From: the human T2T-CHM13v2.0 reference genome, Homo sapiens | Reading direction: 5' to 3' (one strand) | NCBI RefSeq assembly: GCF_009914755.1 | Contig: NC_060934.1 | Length of the DNA: 64,000 nt | In this document: in pieces, positions 52,447 to 64,000 of the stretch | How the letters are laid out: every line of letters starts with the position of its first letter | Position numbering within the stretch: position 1 is the first letter of the stretch | Translations under genes and position numbers: made by a program | The notes under the pieces: generated by a model | What the model saw: only the letters and a program-made list of their open reading frames with translations | Database searches by the model: none | What the model was told of the DNA's origin: nothing

Positions 52447-53054
52447 ACCCACACACACACCACACACACGCACACAACACACCACACACCACACACCACA
52501 CACACACCCCCCACACCACACACACACCCCCCACGCACACACTACACCACACACCCCACACACACCACACACACCACACACCACACCACACACCCCACAC
52601 ACACCACACACACCACAAACACACACCACACACCCCACACACACCCCACACACACCACACACACCACACACCCCACACACACCACACACACACCACACAC
52701 CACACCACACACCCCACACAGACCCCACACACACCCCACACACACACCACACACCCCACACACACACCACACACACCACACACACACCACACACACACAC
52801 CACACACCCCACACACACACCACACACACCACACACACACCCCACGCATACACACCACACACCCCACACACACCACACACACCACACACCCCCACCACAC
52901 ACACCCACCACACACACACCACACACCAACCACACACCACACACACCACACCACACACACACACACACCACACACACCACACACCACACACACCACACAC
53001 ACATACCACACATCCACATATATCACAGACATACACATACCACACCATACACAC

Positions 53055-53086
<32 letters not shown>
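52447..53086 (+). repeat. Complex CA/CCA-rich repeat ending in pure (CA)n
   Basis: Seen directly. Confidence 0.95.
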
Positions 53087-53089
<3 letters not shown>

Positions 53090-53580
53090 TGATCTCTCCT
53101 TAGAATCCTCACTGGACTCCTCAGATGGGCTCTTCAGATGGCCCAGCGTTTACACCACGCTTCCTTCACCACTCCTGCCCCTACTTCTTAGACTTTCACT
53201 CATTTTCTTCTCTCCGCAGACCTCTAGTATATCCTTCCCTTTCCAACCTCAGCTGCTGACTTTACTCCCTTTTCATTAAGAAAATGGGGTGTTTCAGAAG
53301 CACGATTTCACAGAAACCTCACCACCGTGTCTTCGCCCGGAGAGCACCTGTACTCACACACTCTGCCTTCCTTCCTATTGAGTTAGTTGAATTGTCCGTG
53401 CATCTGTGTAGGGACAACCTCTGTGTCACACTCTAAGTTCCCATCCCCTCTCACCCACTTAAGACATGGATCCAACAACCTTTCTGTCTTCCTCCCACAT
53501 CTTCGATGCCACCTCCCCCTCTGCATCATTCACACTAGCAAGCAAACCCATTTTTCTTTCTCCAATGCTAGAAACAATAC

Positions 53581-53715
53581 TTTTTAAAAAATAAAAATGG
53601 AGACAGGGTCCCACTATGTTGCTCAGGCTGGTCTCAAACTCCTGGGCTCAAGCAATCTTCACGCATCCACCTCCCAAAGTGCTGGGATGACAGGTGTGAG
53701 CCACCGCACCCAGCC
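53581..53715 (-). mobile_element. Alu left monomer (FLAM-like)
   Basis: Single antisense monomer. Confidence 0.8.
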
Positions 53716-54063
53716 AACAACTCTTGACTTATCGCCTCTTCCAGAGAGTAGCACGTTACTCTGCCTTCTTTTACAGCAACGCTCTGACAATTTCTCTATA
53801 CTCTCTTCTTTCTCTCTCCATTCAACCCCCATTAATCCGGCTTGCATCCCTATCATTCCACTGAACCCTCTCTTCAAGGTCAGCCTAAATCCAGCACCCA
53901 AGCCTCAGCCCTCACTCACATGACTTAGGAGTATCCTGTAACACATGGGACCACGACCATGACCTCCTCCTGGATAGACTTTTTTCCAACTGGGCTTCCA
54001 GGACACTCCACTGCTTTCCTTCTCCCTCCGTGGCTCCCCCTTCTAAATCTTCATTGCTGGTTC

Positions 54064-54578
54064 TGTTACCAGAAAGGGATCCTGATTCAGACCCCAATAG
54101 AGAGTTCTTGGATCTCATGCAGAAAAGAACCCAGGGCAAGTCCAAGGGCCAAAGCAAAGGAATTGAAAGAGCAACTACTCCATAGACAGAGTAGGATGGT
54201 CCCGAAAGTAAGAGGAGGAACCTGTCCCCCCTAGGTACAATGCTAGTTTATATATAGGACAAAAGAAGATTGGGGGGATGTCCCCTGCTACAAGGGTTTG
54301 TGATAAAGGATTAATTTTCTTAATTACTATTTTTTGCAAGAATCAATATTATTATATTTAAAGCAAACTTAGGCATGCTTCTGTTCTCAAGATATCAGGA
54401 CATCAGGACACTCCCAAGTCTGAGTCTGTTTAGTAAATGTTATCAATCTGTTCCCTTAACCATAAACATCTTGAGGCCAGGAATACCCAACTTTCTGGGA
54501 GTCAGCCCAGCAAGTCCCAGCCTCATTTTCCTAGCGCTCACTCAGGATGGAGTCGGTCTGGTTTGAACTCCTCTAATA
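54064..54578 (-). mobile_element. MER41-family solo LTR
   Basis: Reverse complement of MER41 termini; GTTC 4-bp TSD. Confidence 0.85.
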
Positions 54579-55483
54579 GTTCCTCTTACTAGTAATGTTC
54601 TCTCCTCAAATATCTGCTGCCTCCCTTGTCACTCCCTTGAAGTCCTTGTCAAAGCTGCTTTCTTTGGAGGCTACAATGCCCACTTTTTTGAAGCTGCAAT
54701 CCATTCCCTCTTAGTGTCCTCTACTTTTCCCCAAGAGCACCTGCCATCTTTTAACCTGTGGTATAATTTACTACCTTATAGTGTTTATTGTCTTTCACTA
54801 CAACATAAACTCCATGAGGACTGGGGTTTCTTCTGTTTTGTTCAATGCTGTGTCCCCCATGTCTGGAACTGTGACGAGCACGTGATGGGTGCTCAATAAA
54901 TAATTGTAAGTGAATCCATTAAATAAGGATGTACTGAAGCTGCTGTGATAAGGAAGCTGTGCCAACTTGGCATTTCAAATACAGCGTTTATAATATTTAA
55001 GAGTGTTTGGCCTAATACAATCGTAGTCAGCCATGTAATTCCAATTTTAGAAGTGTAAATGTTGTCAATAAATTTACACTTGTGATCTTAAGTACAAATC
55101 TTAATCACTTGTAGACAGCTTTAGAACAGTGAAGAGTACTTAATTACCATAGGTATAGTTTAATTTATTAGATTTTTAAAGAATTATTTACAGTACTTGG
55201 GAAAGTTTGTCAAAACCCTCAAAAGAAAATAGAATATATTAAATTTATAGGCAACCTAAAATATTTAAGAGCATTTATCTAAGACTGTAAAAGAGACCCA
55301 AAATTCATGTGTATTCCCTTTAAAAGTGATTATACAAATTTTCTAGGCTTATGAATAATAAGATTCACAAGCTGAATGCAAAACCTTAAGAAAGACTGTG
55401 GTTATTATCTTTAGTAGATTATTAACTTTTAAAAACAAAAGAAAATCTATAAATAGTATTTTTCTCGATGCGTCAGTACTCAT

Positions 55484-55485
<2 letters not shown>

Positions 55486-55518
<33 letters not shown>
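55486..55518 (+). repeat. (CA)n microsatellite
   Basis: Seen directly. Confidence 0.95.
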
Positions 55519-55519
<1 letters not shown>

Positions 55520-55629
55520 CCTCTAGAGCATGAAAAACTCATCTCAACAGTGGATCAGTTATTTAAGGACTTCACTAGTGCCCTCCAGTGGCTGAACAGA
55601 GAAACAACACATGTACGTTGAAGAATAAA

Positions 55630-55965
<336 letters not shown>

Positions 55966-56240
55966 TAATAAAAATGTAAGGCACTACGTAGGACATACAC
56001 ATTAAACATTTTTTTCATCAGTGAGTACTTACTACAAATTTTCAATGCAGTGAGACATTTCATGGTGTGTCTCCACTGTCCATAAACCCTGGGGTGGAGC
56101 AGACAGGTGCTCTGGGAGCTCAGAGAGGACACAAGGAGGAAGATTCTGGAAGTTTCATGGAGCAGGTAACAATAGAACTGGGCTCTAAAGTAGGAATTAC
56201 ATCTGCAGGAAATTAAAATATTTTACCCCAAAATATTTAA

Positions 56241-56543
<303 letters not shown>

Positions 56544-56947
56544 TTTAACATTTTTTTTTAAAATGACTGCCACTAGGCCAGCAAATGGAAGTGGCCTTGC
56601 AAAGTTGGGGCTTTTGGGGGGAAATTTTGCATCTGTAGAGGATCTCTATGAATGCAGCCATAACCCCACCCCACTTCCTTTATCTTACCCAGATCCAGGA
56701 GAGGTTGGGATTCTGACCCTTGAAAGTCTAAAAGAAGCATTTACTATCTATTCTCTCTGAGGGAGACTTCATCTACATAACAAGGCCACCTGTGCTAGCC
56801 AAGCCTCTTCCTCTCTCCCTCTCATCAACAGTCTTGCCACTCAACTTCATTGACCAACATAACCTGTTTCTGGCCCTGCTCCGAGTCTGCCCTCTTTACT
56901 GTGGCCTCAAGATAGGACATAAGTTCCTGTACCTCTTTGGAAAGTTG

Positions 56948-57482
56948 TGTCAGAGGTGTTCAAACCAGAGCGACTCCATCTTGAGTGAGGGCTAGAAAAT
57001 GAGGCTGGGACTTGCTGGGCTGCATTCCCAGAAAGTTAGATATTCGTAGTCTCTAGATGTTTATGGTCAAGGAAACAGATAATTAATGTTTACTAAATAG
57101 AGGCAGACTTAGGAGTGTCCTGATATCCCGATATCTTGAGAACAGAAGCATTCCTAATTTTCCTTTAATGATAATAATATCAATTTTTGCAAAATATAGT
57201 AATTAGAAAATTAATCCTTTATCACAAATCCTTGTAGCAGAGCATATCTCCCATGATGATTTAATATTATATATAAACAAGTATTATACCTAGGGTAGAC
57301 AGGTTCCTCCTCTTACTTTCGGGACCATCCTCCTCTGTCTATGGAGTAGCCGCTCTTTCACCACTTTACTTTCTTAATAAACTTGCTTTTGCTTTGCCCT
57401 GTGGACTTACCCTGAATTGTTTTTTATGCGAGATCCAAGAACCTTCTCTTGAGGTCTGGATCAGGACCCCTTTCCGGTAACA
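56948..57482 (+). mobile_element. MER41-family solo LTR
   Basis: TGTCAGAGGTGTTCAAACCAGAGCGACTCCATCTTGA...GGACCCCTTTCCGGTAACA; GTTG TSD. Confidence 0.92.
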
Positions 57483-58282
57483 GTTGAGTCTTCATCCTGA
57501 AGGCTCCCGTATATACACATTAAACAAATTTGTTTGCATTTTCTCCTGTTAATCAATCTGCCTCATGCCAGTGATTTTCCAGCAAACCTTGAGGGGACCA
57601 ATGGCCGTGGCCCCCACACATCACATGATCATGGAGGAAAAAGGATATGCTGGGAAACGGGGGCAAGTCTGGTTGGAATGGAACGCACACAATGACAGTG
57701 AAGAATGGAAGAGAAGTTTGAGTCAGAGCTTGCTGGGACAGTCTCTGCGTGCCACACACAGGAGTTTGGGCCTTAGGTTCAGGCGATGGGGAATCATTAA
57801 AGCTTTGAGCGAAGGAGCAGGGTAATCCAAGCTGTGCTTCAGAAGGTTCAGTCGGAGAGTAGTGGGTCGGTTGGGTCAGGAAGACAAAACGAAAAGCAGA
57901 AGAGCATTTAGACCCCAGTGCACTGGTGAAGGGGAGAATAGTTGAAGAGAAAGAAGGGAATGTGTTCTGGACACATTACCAAAGTAGAATTGATGGAATT
58001 CATTCTTCTATTAAAATAAAAACTTTAAACAAATCATATTTAACAGAGTTCAGTTGAGCTAAGAACAATTCAAGAATCAGGCAGCCCTGGAACCAGAATA
58101 GGTTCAGAATGACTCCAGAGCAGCCACATGGTTGGATTTAATGCACAGAAAAAGGACAGTGACATATGGAAAATGGAAGTGAGGTACAGCTGGATGGATT
58201 ACACCTCGGCCTCTGCCTTCTTTGAACACAGTTTGAACAGTTGGCTACATGCAGTTGGCTGAAACTATAAGAGTAAGTGACA

Positions 58283-58631
<349 letters not shown>

Positions 58632-58650
58632 TTAGGTCACAGTTCACAAT

Positions 58651-59417
<767 letters not shown>

Positions 59418-59828
59418 CCATGTACAGAGAAACATTTAGACCCAACTTACAATACGTAGGGAGGCTGAACGTAATCTAATACTACATAGAGAGCAAGCAA
59501 TGGGCTGGGGCACAGTCAAAAATGATGATGTTGCCTAGGACCTGCTTAAGTGGGAAAGCGATGCCATAACCACTGAAGGAAGAACAGATTTCATTTGAAA
59601 AAACAGTTTTTCCAGGGGGAAGTTAAATTTAAGTGTAGCTAAAACATCTGTGAGGATAGGTCCAACAAGTGGGCGGAAATTTTAGTATAAGACTCAAGAA
59701 AGAAAGAAAACTTAGACAGTTGTAACAGTTACCGCATAGTGATACTGTGGTTGTGAGTAACATAAATAAGGGCAGGGGAGAGAACCAAGTGTGTCTCCAT
59801 TAGAGGAAGACAAGGAGGCAGTTTAGAA

Positions 59829-60141
<313 letters not shown>

Positions 60142-61879
60142 TTAAAAATGAGACAGTATAGAAGGAGAGTCTGGGAAGATCTCAGACATAGGAAAAGCAC
60201 CAAGTAGTGTCACAGAGTCAAAGGAAAGGTTTCATGAGAATCAGCAAATGATTAAGGTCAAGCAACCTGAAGGCTGAGAAAGTCATTGCTTTGATGAATA
60301 AGGCATTATGGGTGATCTTCAAGACAACAGCATCAGTAGAGTGGTGGAAAGACACCAAATTACAAAGGCTGGGAGCAAACAGAGGATGCACTGGAGGCGT
60401 CACACGCATATCCTTTTTAAAAGTTTCGTAGAGTGGAGAGATGTGATAGCACATTGCAGGGATAGCAGAATCCAGAATAAAGGTGGTTTTCTGAATGGGG
60501 AGACTGAACCTATAAGTAGGGGACAGAAAATAAATCAATGGAGAAAGGGAGATGGAATGTACAAGAGAGATCAAAGGAGCAAGGCCTCCTAGAAGGCAGG
60601 AGTCAGGAGAGAAGGTGCATGGATAACCAATGGTCTTGGAAAGAATATTTTTCCTCAGGGACTGTAGAGGATATGTGAAGATTCAAAATAATTTTAAGGA
60701 GGAGATTGAAGAGGAATATTAGAAGTTAAAATCAGATAGATGTGATTACAGTAGGGTAGGAAATAAGGTACTTTCCAATTTAGTAAATATTGGAGTGCCT
60801 GCAATATGCCTGACACTACAAATACACAGATGAATACGGTATCTCCTACCTCAAGATCACGTTTAATTAGTCTTTATAGTCCTCAAAGTTATCTCAACCA
60901 TTATTCCAATGACCTCCTCCTCACTCCTTGAGGGAGAAAGGCAAATATTATTCCTTCTTAACCCCAATGTTAAATATTCAGCCAAAGTACATTAAGTGAG
61001 TTTGCCAAAGTCTCAACAGACAGTGTTGATAATGAATATTGGGCTAGAACATAGTGTCATTTCCTGTATTTAACTGCTGATATAAAATATGGCTTCTGCC
61101 ATATCTTACTTCACAAATCCTTGAGTCTTTTCAAATGTCCTTGGTCCACCTCTCATAAATGCAAAATTTAAGAAGTACAGAACCATAAAAAATAAGACAA
61201 TAAGAGGGATAATATATACCCTAATATGCTTCCTAGATCCTTCAGGAATATCAATATATCTTCAACAGACATTACTATCTACTATATGCATGGCACTGTG
61301 TCAGATGCCAAAACTACAAACATTAAGAATAATGCTCTGCTCTCTTGAAAGAGTGTCATAGAAGAAATAAGAAAAGAATGAAAATAAAAACAATATAGAG
61401 AATTTGTAATGCCCAAAGATAAATAGAACTAAGGCCCTGAAAGTTACATAGAATTTATAAAACAATATTTAATTCATTGCTTTAATGCATCCTATGGACT
61501 TATAACATTAAGCAGGTTATTTCATGTCCCTGGGCTTCTGTCTTGCCAAGCACAAACATTCTTATCAACTCTTCATAGTTTTTACAACTATCATTGGAAT
61601 AAATTGTCAAAAGTATAGCTACTTTAAACTCTACTAAAAAATGGACTTTTGCCTGTATGCAAAATATTCAGTAATAGAATTATTCATAAATTACATGGAT
61701 CTGTATCTGTTCAATTGGATTTTCAATGAAAAAGAAAGATCTAACAACTACCAACAAACATAACTGAAATGTCTTTGGGGTTTAATAGAACAGATCAAAT
61801 TATTTCCACATAGTATTTTCCAAAGCTTATGTAAGGTAGAAAATATATAGTTGGAAGTATAGAGGTAGAAAAAAGATAA

Positions 61880-62520
61880 AACATATTTTTTTAAAAAAGT
61901 GCATGCAACATTTGGGACAATGTAAAGGAATTATATGTGTAGTCTAAGTCACATAAGGAAAGGAAAGAAAACTCAAATGATATGTGAAGAACTATTGGCC
62001 AAGCATCTTCCAAAACTGATAGGAGACATCAAGCCACAGATTCTAATAGCTCTAAAAAGTTCAAGTAGGATGAACATAATAAAAACACACCCAAGCACAT
62101 CACTGTTAAATCACCAAAGGAAAAACAAAACAAAACAAAACAAAAAACACTACTTTCCAGGATACAATAAGATCAACAGCTGACTTTTCAATAGAAATAA
62201 TGAAAGCCAGAAAACTATGGAATGGCGTATTTCAAAATGCTGAAACAAAGTAACTGTCAACCTAGAATTCTATACCCAGAGAAAATATCATTTAAAGATG
62301 AAGGTAACCTAGACATGTTTAGAGAAAAATAAAAATAGAGAGGATTGTCTGCTGGCAGATCTACATTAAAAGATTGCTAAAATGAGTTATTTTGTCAAAA
62401 GGGAAATAATCCCAGATGGAAGCATAGTAATGCAAGAAGGAATGAAGAGTGCCAGAGAACTAAACTAGGAGGCTAAATCTAAGCCAACATCCATTATTTA
62501 AAACAATGATAATAATAGTA
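61880..62520 (+). mobile_element. Old L1M ORF1-region fragment
   Basis: CAGCTGACTTTTCAATAGAAA...CAACCTAGAATTCTATACCCAG. Confidence 0.7.
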
Positions 62521-62546
62521 TAGATTCTTTCCATTGAACAAGGTTT

Positions 62547-63078
62547 TGAAACTGTGCTCCAAAGAGTTGAAGAAACCAATGACTAACAGAAATTATTGAG
62601 TTTTCAGGATGGCAGATAAGAAAAGAAAGAACTTGATAAAATGCTGAAACTACCTCTGCTTATAAGATATTTTTTTAACTAGCTGAAATTGGTTTGAACC
62701 AATATGGCCAACCAGAGTCTGTGCAGAATGAGCTTGCTGATGTAGCAGCCGCAACTTCTACCATGTTTCATACTAACGTCTCCTCATTTTGTACATGCGT
62801 CCCATGAGGAAGCATGAGGAAATAACCCATGAGGAAGCATGAAGACCTTCCAGACCTTCCCTTTACTTCCACCAATCACCTACTAATCCCAGAACCTAGC
62901 CACTAAAGCTTTTCTAATAAAAATACTGTCTTAGACCCAGCACAGGGAGACAGATTTGAGCTGAATTTCTATCTTCTTGTTGGTCAATTCACAATAAAAG
63001 CCTTTCTTTTCTCAAAAACGCAATGTGACACTGTTGGCTTCTAGCACATTAGGCAGCAAGCCCTTTTGCTCAGTAACA
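62547..63078 (+). mobile_element. ERV1-type solo LTR
   Basis: TG...CA termini with GTTT TSD, internal AATAAA signals. Confidence 0.7.
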
Positions 63079-64000
63079 GTTTTCTTCCACACTTCAATAA
63101 AGAGCCAATTCTAGATATTGTTGGTCTATGTTGGATATAGTGAAGACACACTAAAGTTCACCAAATCATTCCTTTTGTTTGGACAAAATAATTTTTTTAA
63201 CTTACTTTCCTCCAAATGTTTGATCCCATCAAGTCAGAGACATGAGAATGACAGTCATGTTCCTTTCCCTGTTACTATACCAGGAATCCTGGCACATCTC
63301 AATTAACAGGCTCCAAACACAACCCTGCTATGAGGTTGTTTTCATGTGAACAGAAGTTGAGCCCTTGGCAGAGAAGCTTGGAAGTGGAGTCCAAAGGGGA
63401 CACAGCCAGATACTTAGAGACTTGGCGACTGAGCAAAAACTCAGCGATAGTTGTCTGTGCTGGGAAAAAAAAAAAAAATCCTTACTGGCATTGAAGAGTA
63501 GCTAAATATCATTTCCACCAAACAGTGGTCATTGGCTTCCGTGGTGAGAATGGTTTCAACTGAAAGCAGGCAAAATGGTACATTGTTTGAGTACCACTCT
63601 TAAAGGCCACATCTCAGGGGAGTGATTTTAGTATGTAAAAGAATCTCCCAAGAAACTGTTAGAAATGGAGGGTTATACTTTCCACTCTATGTTGCTGAGA
63701 ACCTATAAATACTCAAAAAATAGATCTTACCAAAAAAAAAAAAACAATACAGAGCATTCATTTTTGAGTCCAGTTGCACAAGCAAGAAGGTAGTAGCCTT
63801 GTAGTTTGAGGAATCTCAAAACAGATACACAACTTCATGCCTCCAGCCAAGGCTTTAGTGCCTCCTATCTTCCAATGTCTACCTGAGCCAAAAGCATGTA
63901 CCCGGTTGAGGCCAAGAGTATAGCTGAAGGGTGAGGGCTGACAGGTTAAACAGTGCAGGTGGATGAGGCTCCTGAGGATTATCTACCATCAGTCCAAGAG

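Larger units (their letters stand above)
51960..54920 (+). mobile_element. Long fragmented L2, interrupted by a CA-rich repeat, an Alu monomer and MER41
   Basis: C/T-rich L2 body; 3' end GGTGCTCAATAAATAATTGT. Confidence 0.6.

Noticed and set aside
63080-64000. Exons of neighbouring genes (TUBAL3 or AKR1C family, expected nearby from memory)
   Set aside because: No tubulin or aldo-keto reductase coding sequence is visible within the window

Overview
Human (primate) genomic DNA, repeat-rich, with one protein-coding gene: UCN3 (urocortin 3/stresscopin) on the + strand. It has a non-coding exon 1 ending at a GT donor (34998/34999), a 9,987-bp intron, and exon 2 (from 44986) carrying the whole 161-aa prepropeptide ORF (44992-45477) and a 3' UTR with ATTAAA at 45942. 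The rest is Alu, L1, L2/MIR, DNA-transposon fossils, solo ERV/MaLR LTRs (several nested) and large simple repeats. I found no rRNA, tRNA or CRISPR, and no new multi-gene system I can support. The most interesting unexplained structures are: a ~220-bp ~90%-identical direct repeat pair bracketing the UCN3 promoter and exon 1, with asymmetric CpG decay; a ~3.1-kb alternating purine/pyrimidine (UG-rich) intronic repeat ending in a CAG-G-GTAAGT splice signal; a 5' UTR uORF and a UPRE/CRE-like promoter motif; a ~90-bp poly(A)-tailed retrocopy with a target-site duplication (TSD); and several small local duplication and hairpin scars. Repeat subfamily names come from my memory of consensus sequences, boundaries of old repeats are approximate, and identities were counted by hand.
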